Below are positions 49,421 through 59,511 of a stretch of DNA of 64,000 nt, piece after piece. The stretch lies in the NCBI GenBank assembly GCA_963817955.1, contig CAWFQK010000009.1:32001-96000 (forward strand), in the 5' to 3' direction. The stretch is from an uncultured Gemmatimonadaceae bacterium. GTDB taxonomy: Bacteria; Gemmatimonadota; Gemmatimonadetes; Gemmatimonadales; Gemmatimonadaceae. Numbering within the stretch: position 1 is the first letter of the stretch; each line of letters begins with the position of its first letter. A program made the translations under genes and the position numbers. Below the pieces are notes generated by a model. That model was not told the origin of the DNA, searched no databases, and saw nothing but the letters and a program-made list of their open reading frames with translations.

Positions 49421-50140
49421 ATGCATCTGACTCTCCGACAAGCTGCTTCTTACCTGAACGTGACCGAGCGGACGGTTCGCAAATGGATCACGACGCGCGG
49501 ACTGCCTGCTCATCTGATCAACGAGCGCCTGCACTGCAACGCAATCGAGTTGTGGGAATGGGCCGTGGAAAACGGTATCGCGGTCTCAAAGGGATTGCTC
49601 GAACAGGCGCGCGGTGCGCCGGACGAGATTCCGCCGCTGTCACAATTGCTTGCGATGGGTGGCATTCACCGTGACGTCGGCGGCGGCGCGAAGTCGGACG
49701 TGCTGCGTGGGCTCGTCGGCGTGTTGCCGCTGCCGGCGGAGGTCGACCGGGAATTTCTCGTGACGGTGCTCGAGGCCCGTGAGGCGATGGGGTCGACGGG
49801 GATCGGCGATGGCATCGCGATTCCGCACGTACGCAATCCGATTCTGCTACACGTCGACCATCCATTCATCGCGCTGGCACTGCTCCGGCACCCCGTGGAG
49901 TTTGATGCGCTCGACGGAAAACCGGTCCATGCGTTATTCGCCGTCGTCAGCCCGAATGTGCCGGCGCACCTTCGCATACTCTCGCAGCTTGGCTACGCGC
50001 TGCGTGATCCAGAGCTCAGAGGACTGCTGCGCAGCGCGGCGCCCAGCGCCGCAATCCTGGCGCGCGTCGTCGCGCTCGAGTCGTCGGCAGGGGCATCGAG
50101 TCGGGCGGCGGCGACGGTCCCTGCCGTGAGGAACGGGTGA
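49421..50140 (+). CDS. Second excisionase-like HTH + PTS EIIA domain protein
   Basis: LTLRQAASYLNVTERTVRKWI; REAMGSTGIGDGIAIPHVR...FDALDGKPV. Confidence 0.9.
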   Translation: MHLTLRQAASYLNVTERTVRKWITTRGLPAHLINERLHCNAIELWEWAVENGIAVSKGLLEQARGAPDEIPPLSQLLAMGGIHRDVGGGAKSDVLRGLVGVLPLPAEVDREFLVTVLEAREAMGSTGIGDGIAIPHVRNPILLHVDHPFIALALLRHPVEFDALDGKPVHALFAVVSPNVPAHLRILSQLGYALRDPELRGLLRSAAPSAAILARVVALESSAGASSRAAATVPAVRNG

Positions 50141-52104
50141 ACGCACTCGGTGTCGCGCTCCTCGCATGGGGACTTAGTGCGGTGGCGGCGCTCTCGGCGC
50201 GGCGATGGCAGGGTGCACCCGCGGTGGGCGCGGCGGGCGCGGTGATCGGCGGCATTGCCGCTGCCGCTTCCGCCATTGGCGCGCTGAGTACCGGGGTATC
50301 GGAACACTGGACGACGCCATGGACCCTGCCGGGTGGCGCACTCTCGTTTCGCCTCGACGCGCTTGCCTCGGTCTTTCTCCTGCCGATCGCGGTCGTTGGT
50401 GCGCTCTGCGCGGTTTACGGCGTTGCCTACCTCCGGCAGCACGCGCATGGTCGTCCAATGGGGGGATCGTTCGCCGCGTACAATCTTCTGCTCGTCAGCA
50501 TGGCGGTCGTCGTCACAGCGGACGATGTGCTGCTGCTCCTGGTCGCCTGGGAGTTGATGACGCTGAGTTCGTGGGCACTCGTGGTGAGCGACCACGACGC
50601 ACCGGCAGTGCGCGCGGCGGGGTTGCAGTATCTCATCGCCGGGCATCTCGCGACGGTGGCGCTCCTGTTGCTCGGCGTTCTGCTCGCGAGCGCGAGCGGC
50701 ACATTTGCGATCTCTGCTCTCGCGGCGCCAGCAGCGATGACGGCCCGCGCTGCGTTGCCGGCTGGGTTGCTGTTCCTTCTGGCCCTCGTTGGGTTCGGCA
50801 CCAAGGCCGGCATCGTACCGATGCATGTGTGGTTACCGGATGCACATCCTGCGGCTCCGTCGCACGTATCGGCGCTGATGTCGGCGGTGATGATCACGAT
50901 GGGCTTCTACGGGTTCGCGCGCTTTGTTCCACTTCTTGGAGATCCATCGCCGTGGTGGGCGTACCTCCTGATGACCCTCGGCGCGGCCGGTGCCATCGGA
51001 GGCATCGTGTTCGGCATCGCGCAGCGCGATGTGAAGCGAACGCTTGCGTATTCGACGGTGGAGAACGCCGGCATCATCACGATGGCCATGGGTCTGGGCG
51101 TGCTCGGCACCTCGCTTCATGCGCCGTTGCTCGCCGGGCTCGCGTGGACGGCGGCGCTGCTGCACCTCTGGAATCACGCGTTGGCCAAAGCACTGCTCTT
51201 TCTTGGTTTCGGGGCCATTGCGCAGAGCGTCGGCAGCCGAAGCCTCGATGCAATGGGCGGGCTGCTGCGCAAATGGCCCACAGTAGGCGGCCTGCTCGTC
51301 ATCGGTGCCGTGGCGATCGCGTCGCTGCCCGGCCTCAACGTCTTTGCGAGCGAGTGGCTGCTCTTGCGCGCGCTGTTTGCCGGTGTGACCACGTTGACTG
51401 GTGGGTCGCAGATCGCACTGCTCGGCGGCGTCGTTGCGCTCGCGCTCACCGGTGCGATCAGCGTCGCGTGCTTCACACGGCTTGTCGGACTCGGACTGCT
51501 CGGCACACCGCGAAGCGCGGCAGTCGAGGCAGCGCCGGAGCCGGGATGGACGATGCGCGGGCCGCTCCTCGTGCTCGGCGGCAGCTGCATCGGGATCGCG
51601 GCGGTGCCGGCGCGTGTGACTGCTGCTCTCACTGACGCGGTGCACATTGTTGCGCCGAGTGCCGACGTCAGTATCGTTGCCGAAATCCTCCAGCCGCTGG
51701 CGGTGCTGCTTCCGCTGCTGATCGGGGCGATCGTGGTGCTCGTCGCGCTGCGCGAGCTCGCCGTACGACATGCGCTGCGACGTGATGGTGCAACGTGGGG
51801 GTGCGGGTATCCCGAACCGACCGCCCGTATGCAATACACGTCTACGTCCTTTGGCGAGCCGCTGACTCGCGTGTTTCAGCCGATGCTGCGCACCGACTCG
51901 CGCGCAACGACGACCGCGTGGTGGTCGGAGACTCCTGACCGCGTTCTGATGCAACTCTACATGCCGATGGTCGATGCCGTTCGACGGGCGGGGCAGAGAA
52001 TCCGGTCCCTGCATTCGCCGCGTGTCACACGCTCGCTGTTCTATGTGGTCGCGACCGTACTCGTTCTCATTGCGCTCCTCTTCCGCCCGGGGGGTGGACG
52101 GTGA
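50137..52104 (+). CDS. hyfB: HyfB-like antiporter membrane subunit
   Basis: AWELM, GTKAGIVPMHVWLPDAHPAAPSHVSALMS, LAYSTVEN, NHALAK, WGCGY. Confidence 0.88.
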   Translation: MNALGVALLAWGLSAVAALSARRWQGAPAVGAAGAVIGGIAAAASAIGALSTGVSEHWTTPWTLPGGALSFRLDALASVFLLPIAVVGALCAVYGVAYLRQHAHGRPMGGSFAAYNLLLVSMAVVVTADDVLLLLVAWELMTLSSWALVVSDHDAPAVRAAGLQYLIAGHLATVALLLLGVLLASASGTFAISALAAPAAMTARAALPAGLLFLLALVGFGTKAGIVPMHVWLPDAHPAAPSHVSALMSAVMITMGFYGFARFVPLLGDPSPWWAYLLMTLGAAGAIGGIVFGIAQRDVKRTLAYSTVENAGIITMAMGLGVLGTSLHAPLLAGLAWTAALLHLWNHALAKALLFLGFGAIAQSVGSRSLDAMGGLLRKWPTVGGLLVIGAVAIASLPGLNVFASEWLLLRALFAGVTTLTGGSQIALLGGVVALALTGAISVACFTRLVGLGLLGTPRSAAVEAAPEPGWTMRGPLLVLGGSCIGIAAVPARVTAALTDAVHIVAPSADVSIVAEILQPLAVLLPLLIGAIVVLVALRELAVRHALRRDGATWGCGYPEPTARMQYTSTSFGEPLTRVFQPMLRTDSRATTTAWWSETPDRVLMQLYMPMVDAVRRAGQRIRSLHSPRVTRSLFYVVATVLVLIALLFRPGGGR

Positions 52105-54071
52105 ACCTGCTCGCGCTCGGCTTGATGACAATCCTGCTGGCGGGGATTGCGGCCATTGCCGGCGCGAGGCTGGGCGTATTTAGAGGACTCGTCATTATCG
52201 GCTGCGTCGTGGGCATGGTGCCGGTCCTTCGCGTGCTGCGTGGCGCACCGGCGCTCGCCGTGAGCCTTGGCGCATCAGGTCCGGTTGGCGAGTGGGTGTT
52301 CGGGCTGGACGCGCTGTCGGCGTTGTTTCTCGTTGCCATCTTTGCGGTTGGTGCGGCGTGCGCGGTCTACGGAACCGTCTACCTCGCGCCAGTCCCACGC
52401 AATGGAGACAGTCATTCGCGGGGTGTCGTCGCGGCGCACGGCCTGATCGCGCTTCTCGTGGTCTCCCTGGCGCTCGTCGTCACCATCCGCTCGGCCATGG
52501 CGTTCCTCATGGCTTGGGAAGTAATGGCCGTCGTGTCGTATTTCCTCGTGGTCGTCGAATCCGACAAAGCCGCGGTCCGCCGGGCCGGCATGATCTATAT
52601 CGTTGCAACGCACACCGGGCTGCTCGCGCTTTTTGGTATGTTCGCATGGTGGGGGAAGTATGCCGCAGACCTGACCTTCACGTCTCTGGCCGCGGCGGCG
52701 CCGCGGCTTCCAGCCGGCGGCGCGGCGGTACTCGTGCTCGCGCTCATCGGCTTCGGGCTCAAGGCGGGCCTCGTACCGCTGCATTTCTGGCTTCCCGAGG
52801 CGCACGCCGCTTCCCCATCGCACGTGTCGGCGATCATGTCGGGTGTCGTGATCAAGATGGGCATCTACGGCCTGCTCCGCGTAATCGCGTTGATGGGCGT
52901 GGTGCCGGCGTGGTGGGCGTGGCTCCTCCTTGGCTTTGGAATGCTGTCGGGCGTGCTCGGCGTCGTGTGGGCCCTGGCGCAGCACGACATCAAGCGTCTG
53001 CTCGCCTTTCATAGTGTCGAGAACATCGGGATCATCCTGCTCGGCATGGGAATCGGGGCGCTGGGCCTCGCGTACGGCCATCCGGCGGTGGCGTTGTTGG
53101 GCTTCGCGGGCGCGACGCTGCACACACTCAATCACGCACTGTTCAAGAGCTTGCTCTTTCTGGGGGCCGGCTCGGTGATTCACGCAACGGGAACCCGCGA
53201 TATCGAACGGCTCGGCGGAGTCGCTCGGCGAATGCCGCAAACCGCGACCACGTTCCTCCTCGCGTCGGCGGCGATCGTGGGATTACCGCCGCTGAACGGA
53301 TTCGTCAGCGAGTGGATCGTATATCGTGCGATGTTGCGGATCGGACTCGTGGCCGACGTAAGTCGTCTGGCGGTTCTGTCGGCGCTTGCGCTCGCCCTCA
53401 TCGGCGGTCTGGCGCTCGCCTGCTTCGCGAAGGTGATTGGAACTATCTACCTTGGCACGCCGCGCGATATCTCAGTGGAGTCGAAGCACGAGTCCCCGCC
53501 AGGAATGACGCGTCCGCTCATTGGTCTCGCGGCGGGATGCGCCGTTATCGGCCTGCTGCCCGTGCTCGTGTTGCCGTCGATTCTGCGTGTCGCGGAGGTG
53601 ATGGCGGGCGCGATAGGAGCGGCTGACCCGGCGTCCGAAGCGCTTGTTCTGGCGTCGGGTACCGCGATGACGTGGCTGGCGTGTGGCTTGACGCTACTGG
53701 TGGCGTTGGTCTGGGCGGTGCGCGCCGCGTTTCCTCGCGATCGCGAGACCCTGGGGCCGACGTGGGGGTGCGGCTATCCCGGCGCGACGGCGCGCATGCA
53801 GTACTCGGCGTCGTCCTTCGCCGCGCCCGTACTGACGGTCTTCGTCGCAGTCGCCGGCGTACACGCGCATCGCACGCCGCGCTCCTTCGCGACGCACGCC
53901 GTCGACCCAATGCTAGACGATGCCGTTCGTCCGGTATGGCATCGGCTCAAAGCCGTCGCCGATGGCCTGCGGCCGATTCTTCAACGCGGCCGGCTCTCCT
54001 CCTATCTGCTTTACATCGTAGCAGCCTTGATGGCCGTGCTGCTCTATCTCCTGTTCGGCGGAGCTTCCTGA
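52101..54071 (+). CDS. hyfB: Second HyfB-like antiporter membrane subunit
   Basis: KAGLVPLHFWLPEAHAASPSHVSAIMSG, KRLLAFHSVEN, LPPLNGFVSEW, WGCGY. Confidence 0.88.
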   Translation: MNLLALGLMTILLAGIAAIAGARLGVFRGLVIIGCVVGMVPVLRVLRGAPALAVSLGASGPVGEWVFGLDALSALFLVAIFAVGAACAVYGTVYLAPVPRNGDSHSRGVVAAHGLIALLVVSLALVVTIRSAMAFLMAWEVMAVVSYFLVVVESDKAAVRRAGMIYIVATHTGLLALFGMFAWWGKYAADLTFTSLAAAAPRLPAGGAAVLVLALIGFGLKAGLVPLHFWLPEAHAASPSHVSAIMSGVVIKMGIYGLLRVIALMGVVPAWWAWLLLGFGMLSGVLGVVWALAQHDIKRLLAFHSVENIGIILLGMGIGALGLAYGHPAVALLGFAGATLHTLNHALFKSLLFLGAGSVIHATGTRDIERLGGVARRMPQTATTFLLASAAIVGLPPLNGFVSEWIVYRAMLRIGLVADVSRLAVLSALALALIGGLALACFAKVIGTIYLGTPRDISVESKHESPPGMTRPLIGLAAGCAVIGLLPVLVLPSILRVAEVMAGAIGAADPASEALVLASGTAMTWLACGLTLLVALVWAVRAAFPRDRETLGPTWGCGYPGATARMQYSASSFAAPVLTVFVAVAGVHAHRTPRSFATHAVDPMLDDAVRPVWHRLKAVADGLRPILQRGRLSSYLLYIVAALMAVLLYLLFGGAS

Positions 54072-54982
54072 TGACGATAGGCGCGCTGGCCGCGCTCGCG
54101 GTGCTATTGGTGTTCGCTCCGGCCATGCCGGGTATCGCGACGCGGACCAAGTCGTTGCTCACCGGGCGCCGAGGCGCGCCGGTGATGCAGCTCTACTACG
54201 ATTTGTGGAAATTGGTGCGCAAGGGAACTGTCTACAGCACCACGATCACCTGGGTGTTCCGCGCCGGGCCGCTGATCGTGCTCGCGTCGTTGTTCGTCGC
54301 GATCCTGTTTCTGCCGCTCGACGGCCAGAGCGCACTCGCGCACTTTGCCGGAGACCTGGTGGCGTTTGCCGCGCTGCTCGCACTCGGCCGCTTCGCGTTG
54401 GTGCTCGCCGGACTCGACACCGGTTCGAGCTTCGAGGGGATGGGCGCGAGCCGAGAGGTGATGGTCGCGACGTTCGCCGAGCCGACGCTGTTTCTTTGCT
54501 TTCTGGCGCTGGTGCTGGCCACGGGCGATCTGTCGCTGAGCGGCATGTTCGGCGCTCCGCTCGCGGCGGCCTGGCCGCATGCGGCGGCGTCGCTCACGCT
54601 CGTGGGCTTGAGTCTCTTCGTGCTCCTCCTCGCCGAGAACTCGCGTGTGCCGGTGGATGACCCGGCAACGCACCTCGAGTTGACGATGATCCACGAAGTG
54701 ATCGTGCTCGATCATAGCGGGCCGGATCTCGCCGTCGTGCTGTATGGAAGCGCGCTCAAGATGTCGGTGTTCTCGGCCTTGATCGTATGCCTGTTCGTGC
54801 CGCGCGCCGGCGTGACGCCTGCTGTCGCGATCGCCGTGCTCGTCGTGGGGCTCGCTGCGGTGGCCGCGATTGTGGGCGTTGTGGAATCGGTGATGGCGCG
54901 AGTACGGATGACGCGTATCCCGCAACTGCTCGTCGCCGCGGCGGCGCTCGCGGCGTTCGGGATCATTCTTCTGCTGCGCTGA
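54071..54982 (+). CDS. hyfC: HyfC/NuoH-like membrane subunit
   Basis: GRRGAPVMQLYYDLWKL, LDTGSSFEGMGASRE, RVPVDDPATHLELTMIHE. Confidence 0.9.
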   Translation: MTIGALAALAVLLVFAPAMPGIATRTKSLLTGRRGAPVMQLYYDLWKLVRKGTVYSTTITWVFRAGPLIVLASLFVAILFLPLDGQSALAHFAGDLVAFAALLALGRFALVLAGLDTGSSFEGMGASREVMVATFAEPTLFLCFLALVLATGDLSLSGMFGAPLAAAWPHAAASLTLVGLSLFVLLLAENSRVPVDDPATHLELTMIHEVIVLDHSGPDLAVVLYGSALKMSVFSALIVCLFVPRAGVTPAVAIAVLVVGLAAVAAIVGVVESVMARVRMTRIPQLLVAAAALAAFGIILLLR

Positions 54983-55686
54983 TGATGATGATGACTCCGT
55001 TCACCTTTCCGGTGGCAGTGGGTGACGCCGCACGGGCGCTTCCCATATCCCAGACCGCGCCCGAGTTGGTGCTGCTGCTGGTCGTGCTGACTGACTTTGC
55101 CGTGCTCGGTAGCACGCGCCTCAGCACCTGTATTCGCGCCCTTGCGGTTCAGGGGTTTCTCCTCGGGATGCTGCCGTTGTTGCTCGCGCCGAGTTTGTCG
55201 GTGCACGTCTCGGTGCTGGCGGTGGGGACTGTGGCGGTGAAGGGCGTCGCGTTGCCCTGGTTCCTGCGATGGGCCATTCGCGAGGCGTCGGTGCGGCGTG
55301 AAGTGGAGCCCATGGTGGGCTTCATCGCATCGCTGCTGCTGGGCGCGGCAGCGGTTGGACTTGCATTCGCCATTGCCGCGCGGCTGCCGCTGCCCGCTTT
55401 GAGCACCGAGCTCCTCGTGCCGGTGTCGCTCGCCACCGTGATGATTGGCTTCGTCGTACTCACCACGCGCCGCAAGGCGGTGACCCAGGTGGTCGGCTAC
55501 CTGATGCTCGAGAACGGCATCTACCTCTTTGGGCTGACGCAAACGGAGAGCGTGCCCTTTCTCCTCGAAGCCGGCGTGCTGCTCGACATCTTCGTTGGCG
55601 TGTTCATCATGGGCATCGTCGTCTTTCACATCAATCGTGAATTTGACTCAATCGACTCAACGCGTCTCACGGAGCTGAGCGACTGA
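54982..55686 (+). CDS. hyfE: HyfE-like membrane subunit
   Basis: RRKAVTQVVGYLMLENGI, PFLLEAGVLLD. Confidence 0.9.
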   Translation: MMMMTPFTFPVAVGDAARALPISQTAPELVLLLVVLTDFAVLGSTRLSTCIRALAVQGFLLGMLPLLLAPSLSVHVSVLAVGTVAVKGVALPWFLRWAIREASVRREVEPMVGFIASLLLGAAAVGLAFAIAARLPLPALSTELLVPVSLATVMIGFVVLTTRRKAVTQVVGYLMLENGIYLFGLTQTESVPFLLEAGVLLDIFVGVFIMGIVVFHINREFDSIDSTRLTELSD

Positions 55687-57131
55687 TGCGGCTTCTGCTC
55701 CTCTGCGTGCTGCCGCTCCTCGGAGCGATCGCGGCGGGTGTCCTTCCCGGCGGTCGTGCACGGGTGGCGATTGCACGGCTGGCTGTTCTTGTCGGCGTGG
55801 CGCTCGTTCACACCGCCATCGTTGCGTCGATCTGGATTGCGCCGCCGCCGCCAATGCTCGGTGGCTGGCTCGCCGCCGATGCGCTCGGCCTCATCGTGCT
55901 CACGCTCACGAGTGTGCTGTTCGTGCTCACGGCGCTCTACTCCATCGGATATCTACAGCGCGAAACCCCCCGTGGCGGTCGGTTCTTCGTCAGTGCGATG
56001 CTCGTGTTCCTTGGCGCGACGACGGTGGTGTCCGTCAGTCAGCATCTCGCGATGTTGTGGGTTGGCATGGAGGCAACGACGCTCGCTGTGGCGCCGCTGA
56101 TCTATCATCGCCACGACCGCCGTTCGCTCGAAGCGGTGTGGAAGTACCTCCTGATCTCGTCGGTCGGCATTGCGCTCGCCCTGCTCGGCACGTTCTTCCT
56201 CGCCAGCTCGCAGGGCGAAGGCGCGGGCCGGCCGCTGGTGCTCACTGATCTTCTCGCCCATGCGCGGATGCTTCATCCCGCGTGGTTGCGCGCCGCATTC
56301 CTGTTCCTCCTCGTCGGCTTCGGAACGAAGATGGGGCTCGCACCCATGCATACGTGGAAGCCGGATACATACGGCGAAGCGCCGAGTCACGTCAGCGGCT
56401 TGATGGCCGGCGCGCTGACGAGCTGCGCGTTCCTCGGTGTCGCGCGCATCACGGAAGTCGTGATGGCGGCGGGTCTGGGCGCATTCGCGCGGCCGGTGCT
56501 GATCGGCTTCGGCCTGTTGTCGCTCGTCGTCGCGGCGGCGTTTGTGATCGGGCAGAACGACGTCAAACGGCTGCTGGCGTACTCGAGCGTCGAGCATATG
56601 GGATTGTTGGTACTCGGGCTGGGACTTGGGGGCGTCGGTGCGTACGGCAGCGTGCTGCACATTCTCAACAATGGACTCACCAAAGGTTGGATGTTTCTCG
56701 TCGTCGGAAACGTCGTGCTGGCGAGTGGCAGCTCCGTCGCCGCGGCGAATCGCGGTCTGCTGCGCCGGCTACCTGTGTCCGGCACGCTGCTCGTGCTGGG
56801 GTTGTTCGCCGTCACGGGCTCACCGCCATTTGGAACCTTTCTCAGTGAATTCACGATCCTGCGCGCTGCCGTGAACGGCGATCACGTCTGGATCGCGGTG
56901 ATCACGCTGCTGCTGCTGGCGGTGATCTTCGTCGGCATGGGGGCGCTCGTGCTCGATATGGCGCTCGGGTCGCCGGAACCCGATACCGAACCGATGCGCG
57001 AGAGCGGCTGGTTGATTCTCGGACCGATCGTCCTCGCGGCCGCGGTGCTCGTGCTCGGTGTCTACATTCCCGGACCGCTACACGAAACGCTAGCACGAGC
57101 CGCCGTCGCGCTCGGAGGGACGGCACCGTGA
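55686..57131 (+). CDS. hyfF: HyfF-like antiporter subunit
   Basis: WVGMEATT, SLEAVWKY, GFGTKMGLAPMHTWKPD, KRLLAYSSVEHMG, GSPPFG.F.SE. Confidence 0.9.
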   Translation: MRLLLLCVLPLLGAIAAGVLPGGRARVAIARLAVLVGVALVHTAIVASIWIAPPPPMLGGWLAADALGLIVLTLTSVLFVLTALYSIGYLQRETPRGGRFFVSAMLVFLGATTVVSVSQHLAMLWVGMEATTLAVAPLIYHRHDRRSLEAVWKYLLISSVGIALALLGTFFLASSQGEGAGRPLVLTDLLAHARMLHPAWLRAAFLFLLVGFGTKMGLAPMHTWKPDTYGEAPSHVSGLMAGALTSCAFLGVARITEVVMAAGLGAFARPVLIGFGLLSLVVAAAFVIGQNDVKRLLAYSSVEHMGLLVLGLGLGGVGAYGSVLHILNNGLTKGWMFLVVGNVVLASGSSVAAANRGLLRRLPVSGTLLVLGLFAVTGSPPFGTFLSEFTILRAAVNGDHVWIAVITLLLLAVIFVGMGALVLDMALGSPEPDTEPMRESGWLILGPIVLAAAVLVLGVYIPGPLHETLARAAVALGGTAP

Positions 57132-58666
57132 CCGCACTGTCCAATACGGCCGCGACGAGCGGTTTCGACGCCCTCGGCCTCCGGAACCGCCGCGCGGTGC
57201 CGCTCAGTGCCGTTCCCGTAGAATCCCCGGAGCGATTCCGCGAGACAGTCATCGCCGCCACCGTTGCTGGCTGGCGTATCGCGGCGCTGTTCGGTGTTCC
57301 TGAAGATGGAGATCTCACGCGAATCCTCGTGATTCTCGCCGACGACGCGCACGGAGAGCTGGGGGCGACCAGCACCCTCGTCGGAGATCGCTATCCGGCC
57401 CTCACGCCGGACTGTCCCGAGGCGCATGCGTTCGAGCGGGAAATTGCTGAGCAGTGCGCGGTGATCCCCGAGGGACATCCCTGGCTCAAGCCGCTGCGTC
57501 GGCATCTGCCCGATCATCGCGTGGCGAACCGCACGAACGTGGTGCTCAACCCGGCGTCGTATCCATTCTTTCGTGTCGAGGGCGAGGAGGTGCACGAAGT
57601 TGCCGTCGGCCCGGTGCATGCGGGCATCATCGAGCCCGGACATTTCCGTTTTCAGGCGCATGGCGAGGAAATTCTATTCCTCGAGATCATGCTCGGGTAC
57701 CAGCATCGTGGTGTCGAGCGTCTGCTCGAAACGGTTGACGCCGCGCGGGCGGTGCTCGTCGCAGAATCGATCGCCGGGGATAGCGTCATCGCGCACGTCG
57801 GCGCGTACTGCGGGGCGATCGAGGCACTGTCGCGCACGCGCAAGACACCGTACGCGCAGACCATCCGCGGAATGGCGCTGGAACTTGAACGAATGGCGAA
57901 TCACATCGGCGATCTTGGCGCGATCAGCGGCGATGTGGCGTTCCAGCCGGCGGCGGCCTTCTTCGGCCGCATGCGCGGAGAATGTCTCAATCTGCTGATG
58001 ACACTATCCGGCAATCGGTACGGTCGCGGCCTCGTGCGGCCAGGCGGCGTCGCGTTCGATCTCCCACCCGCAATGGTGGCCGACATGCACGGACGGCTCG
58101 AGCGGCTGCGCGACGAGCTGGATCCGATCGCGGCCTTGCTGTTCGGCAGCGCGTCCGTGCAGGCGCGACTCGAGGGAGTGGGGGTGGTGACGCGGCAGCA
58201 GGTCCTGGAGCTTGGGCTTGTCGGTCCGGTTGCGCGGGCATGCGAAGTATCGCGCGACGTTCGGCAGGATCATCCGTACGGCATTTTCCGCTTTGCGCAC
58301 GTCCCGATTGCTACGGCGTGGGCGGGCGACGTCCATGCGCGAGCGCTCGTGCGCTGGCATGAGGTGCGACGCTCCCTGGCATTCGTCCTCGACCAGCTCG
58401 CGGCCCTGCCGAAGGGTGCGTTGCGCGTCGGCATCGGCGCCCTGCGGCCGAACGAGATGGTGGTGGCGATGCAGGAAGGCTGGCGTGGCGAAATCGTGCA
58501 CGTCGTAATCACCGACGATCGCGGCGGTATTCGCCGCCACAAAGTCGTCGACGCATCGTTCCACAACTGGTCAGCCGTGGCACAGGCGCTCCCCGGCAAT
58601 CAGATCTCTGATTTCCCGCTCTGCAACAAGAGCTTCAACCTGTCGTATGCTGGCCATGATCTCTGA
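57128..58666 (+). CDS. HyfG/NuoCD-like large subunit lacking Ni-binding cysteines (Ehr type)
   Basis: VGPVHAGIIEPGHFRF, LGYQHRGVE, AESIAGDS (no CxxC), DFPLCNKSFNLSYAGHDL (no DPCxxC). Confidence 0.9.
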   Translation: MTALSNTAATSGFDALGLRNRRAVPLSAVPVESPERFRETVIAATVAGWRIAALFGVPEDGDLTRILVILADDAHGELGATSTLVGDRYPALTPDCPEAHAFEREIAEQCAVIPEGHPWLKPLRRHLPDHRVANRTNVVLNPASYPFFRVEGEEVHEVAVGPVHAGIIEPGHFRFQAHGEEILFLEIMLGYQHRGVERLLETVDAARAVLVAESIAGDSVIAHVGAYCGAIEALSRTRKTPYAQTIRGMALELERMANHIGDLGAISGDVAFQPAAAFFGRMRGECLNLLMTLSGNRYGRGLVRPGGVAFDLPPAMVADMHGRLERLRDELDPIAALLFGSASVQARLEGVGVVTRQQVLELGLVGPVARACEVSRDVRQDHPYGIFRFAHVPIATAWAGDVHARALVRWHEVRRSLAFVLDQLAALPKGALRVGIGALRPNEMVVAMQEGWRGEIVHVVITDDRGGIRRHKVVDASFHNWSAVAQALPGNQISDFPLCNKSFNLSYAGHDL

Positions 58667-58701
58667 TCGTCTCCTTCCTCCGCCTCGCGCGGGCCATCTC
58701 C

Positions 58702-59511
58702 ATGTTTGAGCTATTGCGTGCGCGCCTGCAGCAGGGCACACGCACGTCTTCATATCCCGATGGTGGCGACGCGCTACCGGCCCGATTTCGTGGATTGCCT
58801 GTCGTCGATCCAACGCCCTGCACCGGATCGAATGAAGTCCCGTCATCGCTCGTGACGTCGGCGCCCGACGGGCGCGCGGTGCTCGACGTCGGCGCCTGTT
58901 TGTTCAGCCCCGAAGAGGCTGCCTGCACGACGGCCGGCAGGGTCGTATTCACGCGCGACTATCGCATGGCAACGTCCACGCGCGACGGCCTCGTTTCGGC
59001 CAGCGGGGAAGTGGAGCTCGCGCACGCGCTCGACGCCCGTATGAAATCCATGTTTGGCCGCGCGCTCCGACTGCGGTCGGTCGTGGCGGGGAGTTGTGGT
59101 GGATGCGAAGCCGAGTTGCAGGCGCTCAGCAACGTCGTGTTCGATCTCGCTCGGTTCGGCATCCAGTTCGTGGCTTCGCCGCGCCACGCCGATGGGATCG
59201 TCGTGACCGGCGCGCTGAGTCGCAACATGCGGGTTGCCCTCGAAAAGACGTTCGAGGCCATGCCGGCGCCGAGTCTCGTGATCGCGGTGGGAGCATGCGC
59301 CATCTCCGGCGGTCCGTTTCGCGGTAGCGACGCCGTGGCGAACGGGATGCCGTTGGACTGGCCGGTCGATCTCTACGTTCCCGGATGTCCGCCGCATCCA
59401 CTGACCATGCTGGACGGACTGCTGCGACTGCTCGATCGGTTGCCGCCGGAGCGCGTGGCGCCGGCGCGCGAGCGCTCGGAATCGGGGATCGCAGCTCAGA
59501 GCCCGGGCTGA
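58702..59511 (+). CDS. HyfI/NuoB-like small Fe-S subunit with degenerate ferredoxin-like N-terminus
   Basis: GSCGGCE, ASPRHAD, VGACAISGG, PGCPPHP. Confidence 0.9.
   Translation: MFELLRARLQQGTRTSSYPDGGDALPARFRGLPVVDPTPCTGSNEVPSSLVTSAPDGRAVLDVGACLFSPEEAACTTAGRVVFTRDYRMATSTRDGLVSASGEVELAHALDARMKSMFGRALRLRSVVAGSCGGCEAELQALSNVVFDLARFGIQFVASPRHADGIVVTGALSRNMRVALEKTFEAMPAPSLVIAVGACAISGGPFRGSDAVANGMPLDWPVDLYVPGCPPHPLTMLDGLLRLLDRLPPERVAPARERSESGIAAQSPG

Noticed and set aside
54980..54994. (ATG)4 run at the hyfC/hyfE junction as a phase-variation tract
   Set aside because: Triplet unit changes would not shift the frame, and the run is short.
57128..58666. [NiFe]-hydrogenase / formate hydrogenlyase
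   Set aside because: Both Ni-binding CxxC motifs are absent.
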